Assembly: GCA_963716255.1 (NCBI GenBank)
Contig: OY970303.1
Location: forward strand, 8,288,001-8,352,000
Direction: 5' to 3'
Source of the DNA: an uncultured Gemmatimonadales bacterium
GTDB lineage: Bacteria > Gemmatimonadota > Gemmatimonadetes > Longimicrobiales > Longimicrobiaceae
Length of the DNA: 64,000 nt
This document shows, piece after piece, positions 19,538-28,602 of this stretch. The first letter of the stretch is position 1. Each line of letters opens with the position of its first letter. The notes beneath the pieces were generated by a model, which was given only the letters and a program-made list of their open reading frames with translations, was not told the DNA's origin and searched no databases. Position numbers and translations under genes: made by a program.

Positions 19538-21007
19538 ATGGCGACCGAGCTGGAGACCGGGGTGAAGCCCGGACGACTGTACATCGGCGGGGAGTGGCAG
19601 GACGCCGCCTCCGGCAGGACCTTCGACACCGTGAACCCCGCCACCGGCCAGGTGCTGACGCAGGTGGCGGAGGGCGCCGCGGAGGACGTGGACCGCGCGG
19701 TGAAGGCGGCGCGCGCGGCGTTCGAGGAGGGCAAGTGGCCGGCGATGTCGGGGCGCGAGCGGGGCCGCATCCTGTACCGCATGGCCGAGCTGATCGACCA
19801 GCGGGCGGACGAGCTGGCGCGCCTGGAAACGCTGGACAACGGCAAGCCGTTCCGCGAGGCGCGCGGCATCGACATCAAGGACTCGGCGGAGTGCTTCCGC
19901 TACTACGCCGGGTGGGCGGACAAGATCGAGGGCGAGGTGATCCCGGTCTCCGGCGCCTACCTGAACTACACCCGCCGGGAGCCGGTGGGCGTGTGCGGGC
20001 AGATCATCCCCTGGAACTACCCCTTCCAGATGGCGGCGTGGAAGGTGGCGCCGGCGCTGGCCTGCGGGAACACCATCGTGCTGAAGCCGGCGGAGCAGAC
20101 GCCGCTGACGGCGCTGGAGCTGGCCCGCATCGGCGAGGAGGCGGGGCTCCCGCCGGGGGTGCTCAACGTGGTCCCCGGCTTCGGGGAAACGGCGGGCGCG
20201 GCGCTGGTGGCGCACCCGGACGTGGACAAGATCGCCTTCACCGGCTCCACGGCGGTGGGCAAGCTGATCCAGCGCGAGGCGGCGGGGACGCTCAAGAAGG
20301 TGTCGCTGGAGCTGGGCGGCAAGAGCCCCAACATCGTCCTCGCGGACGCGGACGTGGACGCGGCGGTCAAGGGCGCCACCATGGGGATCTTCTACAACAC
20401 CGGCCAGGCCTGCACGGCGGGCTCGCGCCTGCTGGTGGACGAGCGGGTGCGGGACGAGCTGGTGGAGAAGCTGACCCAACGCGCCGCCGGGATGACGCCG
20501 GGCGACCCCTTCGACAAGGCGACGCGCATGGGCCCGCTGGTGTCGCAGGAGCAGCTGGACCGGGTGATGGGCTACGTGCAGAAGGGCAAGGACGAGGGCG
20601 CGGAGCTGGTGCTGGGCGGCGACAGCCCGCAGGTGAACGGCGGCGGGGGCTTCTTCATGAACCCCACCATCTTCGACCGGGTGACGCCGGAGATGACCAT
20701 CGCTCGCGAGGAGATCTTCGGGCCGGTGCTGGCGGTGAGCACCTTCCGCGAGGTGGAGGAGGCGCTGGAGATGGCGCACGGCACCGAGTACGGCCTGGCC
20801 GCGGCGGTGTGGACGCGCGACGTGGGCAAGGCGCACCGGGTGGCCCACGCGCTCCGCGCCGGCACCGTGTGGATCAACATGTACCACGCGCTCGACGTGG
20901 GCGTCCCCTTCGGCGGCTACAAGCAGTCGGGGTACGGCCGCGAGCTGGGCAAGTACGCCCTGGACCTGTATACGCAGGTGAAGAGCGTCTGGGTAAGCCT
21001 GTCGTAG
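19538..21007 (+). CDS. Aldehyde dehydrogenase
   Basis: IPWNYP, LKPAEQTP, FTGSTAVG, LELGGKSP, GQACTAGSR, EEIFGPV. Confidence 0.95.
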   Translation: MATELETGVKPGRLYIGGEWQDAASGRTFDTVNPATGQVLTQVAEGAAEDVDRAVKAARAAFEEGKWPAMSGRERGRILYRMAELIDQRADELARLETLDNGKPFREARGIDIKDSAECFRYYAGWADKIEGEVIPVSGAYLNYTRREPVGVCGQIIPWNYPFQMAAWKVAPALACGNTIVLKPAEQTPLTALELARIGEEAGLPPGVLNVVPGFGETAGAALVAHPDVDKIAFTGSTAVGKLIQREAAGTLKKVSLELGGKSPNIVLADADVDAAVKGATMGIFYNTGQACTAGSRLLVDERVRDELVEKLTQRAAGMTPGDPFDKATRMGPLVSQEQLDRVMGYVQKGKDEGAELVLGGDSPQVNGGGGFFMNPTIFDRVTPEMTIAREEIFGPVLAVSTFREVEEALEMAHGTEYGLAAAVWTRDVGKAHRVAHALRAGTVWINMYHALDVGVPFGGYKQSGYGRELGKYALDLYTQVKSVWVSLS

Positions 21008-21027
21008 AAGCCGACGCAACGCAGAAG

Positions 21028-21158
21028 CCCGCGTGAGGGATGCGAGCGCGAAGCGGCGAGACCCGGGGGCAGTTTCCCGGGGCTCGCCTCCGTTGCACAC
21101 GGTAGTTTCGTGTGCTACGGAGCCGCAGCCCGACCCCGGCGCAGCCGGGGGCACGCCC
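21028..21158 (+). repeat. Dispersed structured repeat, copy 3 (type II variant)
   Basis: CCCGCGTGAGGGATGCGAGCGCGAAGCGGCGAG...CCGCAGCCCGACCCCGGCGCAGCCGGGGGCACGCCC. Confidence 0.92.
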
Positions 21159-21186
21159 GAACCACGCCGTTCATCCTGACCGATAC

Positions 21187-22386
21187 ATGACCGACGCATA
21201 CATCATCGACGCCTGCCGGACCCCCGTGGGGCGATACGGCGGCGCCCTGGCCTCCGTGCGCCCGGACGACCTGGCCGCGACCGTGATCAGGGCGCTCGTG
21301 GAGCGCACCGGCGTGGAGCCGGCGGCGGTGGACGACGTGATCTTCGGGTGCGCGAACCAGGCGGGGGAGGACAACCGCAACGTGGCGCGCATGGCCTGGC
21401 TGCTGGCGGGGATGCCCGTCTCGGTGGCGGGGCAGACGGTGAACCGGCTCTGCGGATCGGGCCTCCAGGCGGTGCGCGGGGCCTTCCACGCGATCAGGGC
21501 GGGCGAGGGCGAGGTGTTCGTGGCCGGCGGCGTGGAAAGCATGTCGCGGGCGCCCTGGGTGATGCTGAAGCCCACGGAGGTGCCGGCCCGCGGCGTGCCC
21601 GAGATGGCGGACTCGCTGCTGGGGTGGCGCTTCGTGAACCCCAGGATGCCCAGGGAGTTCACCGTCTCGCTGGGGGAAACGGCGGAGATCGTGGCGGAGG
21701 AGTTCGGCGTGTCCCGCGAGGACCAGGACGCCTTCGCGCTGGCGAGCCAGCAGCGCGCGGCGGCGGCGATCGCGGCCCGCCACTTCGAGGGCGAGATCGT
21801 CCCGGTGGAGATCGCCCAGCGCAAGGGGCCGCCCGTGGTGGTGCGCGACGACGAGCACCCGCGCGCGGACACCACCGCGGAGGGGCTGGCGGCGCTGCGG
21901 CCGGCGTTCCGCAGGGAGGGCGGCACGGTGACGGCGGGCAACTCGTCGGGCCTCAACGACGGGGCGTCGGCGCTGCTGGTGGCCTCGGGGCTGGCGGCGG
22001 AGCGGGCGGGGCTGCGGCCCATGGCGCGCATCGTGGCGAGCGCGGTGGCGGGGGTGGAGCCGCAGCGCATGGGGATCGGGCCGGTGCCGGCGACGCGCAA
22101 GGCGCTCGCCCGCGCGGGGCTGGAGGTGGGCGACATCGGCCTGGTGGAGCTGAACGAGGCCTTCGCGGCGCAGTCGGTGGCGTGCGTGCGGGAGCTGGGG
22201 CTGGACCCGGCGATCGTCAACGTCACGGGTGGCGCGGTGGCGATGGGGCACCCGCTGGGCTCCTCGGGGGCGCGCATCCTCACCACGCTGGTCCACGAGA
22301 TGCGGCGCCGCGACGTGCGCTACGGACTGGCGAGCATGTGCATCGGCGTCGGCCAGGGGATATCCATGATCGTGGAGCGCGTGTGA
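21187..22386 (+). CDS. Thiolase (3-oxoadipyl-CoA thiolase PcaF/PaaJ-like)
   Basis: GCANQAGEDNRNVARM, NRLCGSG, NEAFAAQ, GHPLGSSG, MCIGVGQG. Confidence 0.92.
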   Translation: MTDAYIIDACRTPVGRYGGALASVRPDDLAATVIRALVERTGVEPAAVDDVIFGCANQAGEDNRNVARMAWLLAGMPVSVAGQTVNRLCGSGLQAVRGAFHAIRAGEGEVFVAGGVESMSRAPWVMLKPTEVPARGVPEMADSLLGWRFVNPRMPREFTVSLGETAEIVAEEFGVSREDQDAFALASQQRAAAAIAARHFEGEIVPVEIAQRKGPPVVVRDDEHPRADTTAEGLAALRPAFRREGGTVTAGNSSGLNDGASALLVASGLAAERAGLRPMARIVASAVAGVEPQRMGIGPVPATRKALARAGLEVGDIGLVELNEAFAAQSVACVRELGLDPAIVNVTGGAVAMGHPLGSSGARILTTLVHEMRRRDVRYGLASMCIGVGQGISMIVERV

Positions 22387-23192
22387 GCGGGGCGAACGGG
22401 GTGTCCGTGGAAAGCGTCCTCCTGCGGATCGAGGAGGGGGTCGCCTGGATCACGCTGAACCGGCCGGACCGGCTGAACGCCTTCGCCGGGACGATGCGCG
22501 ACGACCTGCACGACGCGGTGACCGCCGCGGCGGACGCACCGGCGACGCGGGTGATCGTGGTCACGGGGGCGGGGCGCGGGTTCTGCACGGGGGCGGACGT
22601 GGAGGTGATGTCGGACCTGCTCGCGCGGGACGATGCGGAAGCGTTCGAGCGCTACGTGGAGGCGGGGATGCGGGTGGTGAGCCGGATCCGCGCCGTCCCG
22701 CAGCCGGTGATCGCGGCCGTGAACGGCCCGGCCGCGGGAGCGGGCGCGTCGCTTGCACTCGCCTGCGACCTGCGCCTGGCGTCGTCGCGGGCGTCCATCG
22801 GCTTCACCTTCAACCGCATCGGGCTGCACCCGGACTGGGGCGCGAGCTGGATCCTCCCCCGCGTGGTGGGCGCGGGGCGCGCGGCGGAGCTGGTGCTCAG
22901 CGGGCGGATGGTGGACGCGGCGGAGGCGGAGCGCATCGGCCTCTTTTCGAGGGTGATCCCGGAGGACGCGTTCGAGGGCGAGGTCCGCAAGACCGCGCTG
23001 GAGTACGCGGCACGGGCGCCCATGGCGCTCGCGGCGGCGAAGCGGACGCTGGCACGTGCCTGGACGAGCGACCTGGAGGCGACCATGGCCGCGGAGGAGG
23101 AGGCGCAGCTGCGCTGCTTCCGCTCGGCGGACGCCCGGGAGGGGATCGCGGCCTTCCACGAGAAGCGGCGGCCGGCGTTCCGGGGGGAGTAG
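22383..23192 (+). CDS. Enoyl-CoA hydratase/isomerase (PaaG-like)
   Basis: ITLNRPDRLNAF, GRGFCTGAD, GPAAGAGASLALACD, GLHPDWG; GTG overlaps the thiolase stop. Confidence 0.88.
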   Translation: MSGANGVSVESVLLRIEEGVAWITLNRPDRLNAFAGTMRDDLHDAVTAAADAPATRVIVVTGAGRGFCTGADVEVMSDLLARDDAEAFERYVEAGMRVVSRIRAVPQPVIAAVNGPAAGAGASLALACDLRLASSRASIGFTFNRIGLHPDWGASWILPRVVGAGRAAELVLSGRMVDAAEAERIGLFSRVIPEDAFEGEVRKTALEYAARAPMALAAAKRTLARAWTSDLEATMAAEEEAQLRCFRSADAREGIAAFHEKRRPAFRGE

Positions 23193-23199
23193 GAACGGC

Positions 23200-23236
23200 A
23201 GGGAACAGGGAATAGGGAACAGGGAACAGGGAACAG
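23200..23236 (+). repeat. Heptamer tandem repeat (AGGGAAY)x5
   Basis: AGGGAAC AGGGAAT AGGGAAC AGGGAAC AGGGAAC AG. Confidence 0.9.
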
Positions 23237-23281
23237 CCTGCAACGGCGTCCCGGTAACGGCCTTCTGACGGAGGGAGACGG

Positions 23282-24151
23282 GTGGACGAGAAGCTGGAGC
23301 GCGTCGGCGTCCTCGGCGCGGGGACGATGGGGCACGGGATCGCCCAGGTGTGCGCCATGGCGGGGCTGGGGGTGAGCCTGTACGACCCGCAGCCGGGCCA
23401 GGTGGACGCGGCGCTGGCGGCGATCACCGGGAACCTGGACAGGGGCGTGGAGCGCGGCAAGGTGTCGGCGGAGGTGCGCGGCCGGGCCGTCGCCAACCTG
23501 CACAAGGCGGCGAACCTGCGCGACGCGGTGGACGACGCGGACCTGGTGATCGAGGCGGTGCCGGAGCGCATCGACGTGAAGCTGCGCACCTTCGAGGACG
23601 CGGACCAGCACGCGCCGGACCACGCGATCCTGGCGAGCAACACGTCGTCGCTCAGCATCTCGCGCATCGCGGAGGCCACGCGGCGGCCGGAGCGGGTGGT
23701 GGGGCTGCACTTCTTCAACCCCGTCCACATCATGAAGCTGCTGGAGGTGGTGCGCGGCTCGGCCACCTCGCAGGACACCGTGGATGCGGCGCTGGCCTTC
23801 GCGCGGCGCATCGGGAAGGAGCCCATCGTGGTCACGGACACGCCGGGGTTCGCGTCGTCGCGGCTGGGCGTGGTGCTGGGGCTGGAGGCGATGCGGATGG
23901 TGGAGGAGGGGGTCGCCTCGCCGGAGGACATCGACTCCGCAATGACGCTGGGCTACAACCACCCCATGGGGCCGCTGCGCCTCACCGACCTGGTGGGGCT
24001 GGACGTGCGCCTGGGGATCGCGGAGTACCTGCACGACACGCTGGGCGGCGAGCAGTTCCGCGCGCCGGAGATCCTGCGGCGCATGGTGGCGGAGAGGAAG
24101 CTGGGGAAGAAGTCGGGCCAGGGATTCTACCGCTGGGAGGACGGCAAGTGA
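23282..24151 (+). CDS. 3-hydroxyacyl-CoA dehydrogenase (PaaH/Hbd-like)
   Basis: VGVLGAGTMGHGIA, ASNTSSL, GLHFFNP, HPMGPL, GKKSGQGFY. Confidence 0.93.
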   Translation: MDEKLERVGVLGAGTMGHGIAQVCAMAGLGVSLYDPQPGQVDAALAAITGNLDRGVERGKVSAEVRGRAVANLHKAANLRDAVDDADLVIEAVPERIDVKLRTFEDADQHAPDHAILASNTSSLSISRIAEATRRPERVVGLHFFNPVHIMKLLEVVRGSATSQDTVDAALAFARRIGKEPIVVTDTPGFASSRLGVVLGLEAMRMVEEGVASPEDIDSAMTLGYNHPMGPLRLTDLVGLDVRLGIAEYLHDTLGGEQFRAPEILRRMVAERKLGKKSGQGFYRWEDGK

Positions 24152-24927
24152 GCTACCAGACGCTGCTGGTGGAGCTGGACGGCGGGGTCGCGACGGTCAC
24201 CGTCAACCGGCCGGACAAGCGCAACGCGCTGAACTCGCAGGTGCGCGCGGACATCCTCACGGCGCTCGACTTCCTCCGCGACGACGAGTCGGTGCGCGTG
24301 GTAGTGTTCACCGGCGCGGGGGAGAAGGCGTTCGTGGCGGGGGCGGACATCGGCGAGTTCGCGGAGCGCACGCCGCTGGAGCAGCGCGAGGCGATGACGG
24401 GGCGCCGGGTGTTCGACGAGATCGCGGCGTTCCCCAAGCCGACCGTCGCCATGATCAACGGCTTCTGCCTGGGCGGCGGGTGCGAGCTGGCGCTGGCGTG
24501 CGACGTGCGCGTGGCGTCGGACGCGGCGAAGCTGGGGCAGCCGGAGATCAACCTGGGGATCATCCCGGGCGGCGGGGGGACGCAGCGGCTCCCGCGCGTG
24601 GTCGGCACCGGCCAGGCGATGCGGCTGATCCTGTCGGGCGAGATCGTCGACGCGGCGGAGGCGCTGCGGATCGGGCTGGTGGACGTGGTGCACCCGGCCG
24701 CTGATCTCCGGGCGCGGACGCTGGAGTTCGCGCGGGGGATGGCGGCCAAGTCGCCCGTCGCGCTCCGAATGGCGAAGGCGGCGGTGCGCGCGGCGGCGGA
24801 GATGCCGCTCGCGGCGGGGCTCGCGTACGAGACGGAATTGTTCGTGACGTGCTTCGGGAGCGACGACAAGCGCGAGGGGGTGGCCGCGTTCCTGGAGAAG
24901 CGGCCGGCGGAGTTCACGGGGCGTTAG
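24148..24927 (+). CDS. Enoyl-CoA hydratase (PaaF/Crt-like)
   Basis: AFVAGADI, GGGCELALACD, GQPEINLGIIPGGGGTQRL. Confidence 0.92.
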   Translation: MSYQTLLVELDGGVATVTVNRPDKRNALNSQVRADILTALDFLRDDESVRVVVFTGAGEKAFVAGADIGEFAERTPLEQREAMTGRRVFDEIAAFPKPTVAMINGFCLGGGCELALACDVRVASDAAKLGQPEINLGIIPGGGGTQRLPRVVGTGQAMRLILSGEIVDAAEALRIGLVDVVHPAADLRARTLEFARGMAAKSPVALRMAKAAVRAAAEMPLAAGLAYETELFVTCFGSDDKREGVAAFLEKRPAEFTGR

Positions 24928-25012
24928 TTCGATCGTCGAGGGGCGGGCCGGGGGGCGGGTCCCGGTCTGCCCTGCCCTTCTTCCACGCGGAACACGAGGC
25001 TCGCGGCGCCGA

Positions 25013-25135
25013 ATGATGATGGAAGCCAACAAGAAGAGGATCTACATCGACTGGCGCTGGTGGCTGCTGGCGATCGGCGTCTCGGCGGTGGCCGCGGCGG
25101 CGGGGTTCGCGGCGGGGATGTGGCTGGGGCGGTGA
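25013..25135 (+). CDS. Small single-pass membrane protein (40 aa)
   Basis: Manual translation MMMEANKKRIYIDWRWWLLAIGVSAVAAAAGFAAGMWLGR; host-like codons. Confidence 0.5.
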   Translation: MMMEANKKRIYIDWRWWLLAIGVSAVAAAAGFAAGMWLGR

Positions 25136-25262
25136 GGATGAAAACAGCGGGTTGTTGCTTTTTTAACGATCAACGTCTTTCATCCTTGACCATCACCCTT
25201 CTATCTTATTAATCAGGTTACACTAGTGCTAGTGTTCACCCCAACTAGGAGTCTCTCCTAGA

Positions 25263-26747
25263 ATGCTCACGCGCATCCATGTAAGCGGGTTTAAGAATCT
25301 TGTGGATCTTGATGTTGCATTCGGCCCATTCACCTGTATCGCGGGGGGGAACGCGGTTGGTAAGTCCAACTTATTTGATGCGATAATGTTTCTTGGCAGC
25401 CTCGCCGATACACCCCTGATTGAGGCCGCCATGAGCGTCCGAGACAAGGGGGGCCGTGCCAACGACATCCGTTCCCTTTTTCACAATACGGCGACCGGCC
25501 ATACCTCGTCGATGAAGTTTGTCGCGGAAATGATCGTGCCAACTTTAGGCCAGGACGACCTCGGGCAAGCTGCAAAAGCTAGCATCACCTTTCTTCGATA
25601 TACGTTGGAGTTGGGATACCGGCCCTCCGGGATTGATAGCGTTCGCCCTAGCTTGATCATTAATCAAGAGGAACTCGACTACATCAGCTTAAGTGAGGCC
25701 ACTCGTAACCTCCCGTTTAAGCCTTCTAATCGGTGGGTTCGCTCGGTGATCAAGGGGAGAAGGACGAGTCCATTCATCTCGACAGACGCTTCGAAAACTG
25801 GAAATACAGTCCGTCTCCATCAGGAAGGACGGAGTGGCCGGACACGTGATTTCTTGGCGACAACTCTTCCTCGAACGGTGTTATCCACCGTCAATGCGGC
25901 CGAGAGTCCGACCGCTTTGCTTGCGCGCCGAGAAATGCAGTCTTGGCGTTTACTTCAGCTGGAGCCATCCGCTCTTCGAGCTTCGGATTCATTCACAGCA
26001 CCGACTCAAATGGGTGCGGACGGCTCGCACTTGCCGGCAACTCTTTATCAGCTTGCCCGAACGGCAGCCCAGCGTCCAGACACTCCATCAGATGTTTATA
26101 CCATCGTAAGTAATCGCCTTGCGGATCTGATAGAGGACGTCAAGCGCGTTAATGTCGAGCGTGACGATGCTCGTGAATTGCTAACTCTCACGGTCCGCGG
26201 CAAGGATGAGACAGTTCACCCTGCTCGCGCACTTTCCGATGGTACGTTGCGCTTTCTCGCGTTGACGGTATTGGAAGCGGATCCGAATGCCCGTGGAGTT
26301 CTCTGCTTTGAGGAACCCGAAAATGGCATTCACCCAGAGCGGATAACAGCAATGCTAGATCTCCTCCAAGACCTAGCGGTCAATACAGATGAAGCGGTTG
26401 GTGAGGACAACCCGCTACGCCAGGTCATCATTAATACACACTCACCGACGGTAGTTGCACAGGTTCCTGATGATAGCCTCCTCTTTGCTCACAGAGTTGA
26501 ACAAGTAGTGGATAGTGAGCGGACTAGCACTGTAGTTCTTCGTCCGTTACCGGACACCTGGCGTGTCAGGGCAATGCCGGAAATTCAGCCAATTCCGCGT
26601 GGACTCATCGTGCGATTTTTGAATCCAGTCCGGCCTAATTTGGACGACACGCAGCACGATGCGTTCTCGCGATTCCAAAAAGTATACGAGCGAGATGATA
26701 TTGCTCAACTACTCCTTTGGCCTCAGCTCGCAAAGGGACGCCGGTAA
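25263..26747 (+). CDS. ABC/AAA_21-type ATPase (low-GC island)
   Basis: Walker A GGNAVGKS, signature LSDGT, Walker B CFEEPENGIHP, H-loop INTHSP; AGGAG RBS upstream. Confidence 0.9.
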   Translation: MLTRIHVSGFKNLVDLDVAFGPFTCIAGGNAVGKSNLFDAIMFLGSLADTPLIEAAMSVRDKGGRANDIRSLFHNTATGHTSSMKFVAEMIVPTLGQDDLGQAAKASITFLRYTLELGYRPSGIDSVRPSLIINQEELDYISLSEATRNLPFKPSNRWVRSVIKGRRTSPFISTDASKTGNTVRLHQEGRSGRTRDFLATTLPRTVLSTVNAAESPTALLARREMQSWRLLQLEPSALRASDSFTAPTQMGADGSHLPATLYQLARTAAQRPDTPSDVYTIVSNRLADLIEDVKRVNVERDDARELLTLTVRGKDETVHPARALSDGTLRFLALTVLEADPNARGVLCFEEPENGIHPERITAMLDLLQDLAVNTDEAVGEDNPLRQVIINTHSPTVVAQVPDDSLLFAHRVEQVVDSERTSTVVLRPLPDTWRVRAMPEIQPIPRGLIVRFLNPVRPNLDDTQHDAFSRFQKVYERDDIAQLLLWPQLAKGRR

Positions 26748-27370
26748 TGGAGCTTACGTATACTTTACTTGGCGACGGACCAACTGATCAAAAGCTACAG
26801 CCACTCGTCAGGTGGGTCCTACGCAACAGTACGAATCGTGCAATTTCAGGGTTCTGGGCGGATCTTTCTATTGCGCCTTCCCGTCCTCGTACGACCCGCG
26901 AACGCATCGCGGCTGCGCTGGAATTCTACCCGTCTGATATCTTGTTCGTCCACCGGGATGCGGAAAGGATCTCGCTCCCGAACCGTATTGCGGAGATCCA
27001 ACGCGTCATACCTGATAATACTGAAACCTCCGTCATCCCGCTTGTGCCTGTACGCATGACGGAAGCATGGTTCTTATCTGACGAGGCAGCTATCCGCACA
27101 GCGGCTAACAACCCGGGAGGCCGCGTCGACCTAGCTCTCCCTCCACTCCGCCGTTGTGAAGATTTACCGAATCCCAAGGAGATCCTGGCAACCGCCTTAG
27201 AGACTGCAAGCGATCTTCGGAGTAAGCGGCACCTGAATCGGTTCAATGTCGTCAATTCCGCGCACCGTGTCGCAGAGCTAACCGAAGATTTTTCAAGACT
27301 CCGTGTACTTCACTCGTTTGCAGAATTCGAGAGTGCGGTCCAAACGCTGGTGGCAGCTAAAGGCTGGTAG
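26747..27370 (+). CDS. TOPRIM-like putative nuclease (DUF4276/RloB-like)
   Basis: LGDGPTD, FVHRDAE, VPVRMTEAWFL; TAATG coupling to the ATPase. Confidence 0.7.
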   Translation: MELTYTLLGDGPTDQKLQPLVRWVLRNSTNRAISGFWADLSIAPSRPRTTRERIAAALEFYPSDILFVHRDAERISLPNRIAEIQRVIPDNTETSVIPLVPVRMTEAWFLSDEAAIRTAANNPGGRVDLALPPLRRCEDLPNPKEILATALETASDLRSKRHLNRFNVVNSAHRVAELTEDFSRLRVLHSFAEFESAVQTLVAAKGW

Positions 27371-27513
27371 CTCCCGCCCAAGGCAGTTGGATTCGGCTTG
27401 AATGTGCTTTACACGGCATTCACGCAGGAGGCCCGCCACTCGCCAAGCACATCGCCCGCCGAAGGTCCACGACCTCCAGCGGGCGATTCACATCCCCAAA
27501 CCAGCGCACTTGC

Positions 27514-27963
27514 TCACGTCACCATCACCCCCTCCACCGCGCACAGCAACTCGTCCCCCTCCCACGGCACAGGCAGCAGCCGCCCCACCCGCAGCCGCCG
27601 CGCCCACCACAGGTCCGCCTCCTCCGGCTGGCTGACCAGCGCCACCACCCCCACCGCCTCCGTCCGCGGATCGTCCCGCAGCCGCCGCACCGTCATCCAG
27701 CCGTTGTCGCGCGGGTCGCGCACGTCCACCACGACCGCGTCCGGCGGGAACATCCCCGCCATCTCCGTGGGCAGCTCCCCCGCGGGCGGCTCGATCACGG
27801 TGAAGAGCGAGCGCAGCAGCATCCCGCGGATCGCGTTGCGCAACGGCTCCTCCGCGATGGCGAGCACCACCGTGGGACGCCGCGTGGCCTCCTCCCAGAC
27901 CGCGTCCACGATCTGCTCGATGGTGGCGGGCGGGACGCCGGTGTTCGGCCGGGGACGGTTCAT
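27514..27963 (-). CDS. Atypical single-domain receiver-like protein (paralog 2)
   Basis: PDAVVVDVRDP..NGWMTVRRLRDDPRT..V.VVAL; lacks the conserved Lys. Confidence 0.7.
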   Translation of the reverse strand: MNRPRPNTGVPPATIEQIVDAVWEEATRRPTVVLAIAEEPLRNAIRGMLLRSLFTVIEPPAGELPTEMAGMFPPDAVVVDVRDPRDNGWMTVRRLRDDPRTEAVGVVALVSQPEEADLWWARRLRVGRLLPVPWEGDELLCAVEGVMVT

Positions 27964-28154
27964 CGGTTCCTCCGCAGCAGTCCGGTGATGCGGACGGCGC
28001 GAACCGCCGCCTCCGCGCGCGCGGCGCCCTGCCCCGCACCCGCATTCCCCTCGGCCCCGCGGTCCACCGCCTGAGCGCGCCAGGCAGGACGCACGGCAGC
28101 CGTCCAGCGCAGCGGCACCGGGATGTGGTCGATGGGAGAGCGCACGCCGTTCAT
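27960..28154 (-). CDS. Small hypothetical protein
   Basis: Fills the gap between the two receiver paralogs, with GAGGGG RBS and ATGA overlap with the next gene. Confidence 0.4.
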   Translation of the reverse strand: MNGVRSPIDHIPVPLRWTAAVRPAWRAQAVDRGAEGNAGAGQGAARAEAAVRAVRITGLLRRNR

Positions 28155-28155
28155 C

Positions 28156-28602
28156 TCACCCCTCCGTGATCCGTTCCACCAGGTCCAGCAGCCCGTCCGG
28201 ATCGAACGGGACCGCGACCAGGCAGTCCACCTCGAACTCCCGCGCCCGGCGTCGATCCGCCTCGCGCGGCGCCGACACCAGCCCCAGCACCGGCACCCCG
28301 TCCGTCCGCGCGTCCTCGCGGAGCCGGCGCACCGCCGCCCACCCGTCCGGCGTGCGCACGTCCGCCAGCACCGCGTCCGGAGCGGCAGCCTCCACCGCGT
28401 CCGCAGACAGCTCCCCCGAGAATGGCTCCACCACCGTGCACAGCGACCTCACCAGCGCCCGCCGCGACGAGTCGCGCAGCGCCTCGTCGCCGATGGCGAG
28501 CAGCACCGTGGGGCGGCGCTCCGTCTCCGCCCACACCACGTCCACGATCCGCTGGATCACCGCGGCCGGGACCTTCCCTCCGCGCGCGTAGGGGAGGCTC
28601 AC
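28156..28602 (-). CDS. Atypical single-domain receiver-like protein (paralog 1)
   Basis: GTG overlaps the ligD stop; PDAVLADVRTPDGWAAVRRLREDART.GVPVL, VAVPFD. Confidence 0.7.
   Translation of the reverse strand: MSLPYARGGKVPAAVIQRIVDVVWAETERRPTVLLAIGDEALRDSSRRALVRSLCTVVEPFSGELSADAVEAAAPDAVLADVRTPDGWAAVRRLREDARTDGVPVLGLVSAPREADRRRAREFEVDCLVAVPFDPDGLLDLVERITEG

Noticed and set aside
16850..27420. tRNA-Leu as the integration site of the low-GC island
   Set aside because: The island is more than 8 kb away on the tRNA's 5' side. No duplicated tRNA 3' end or integrase was seen.
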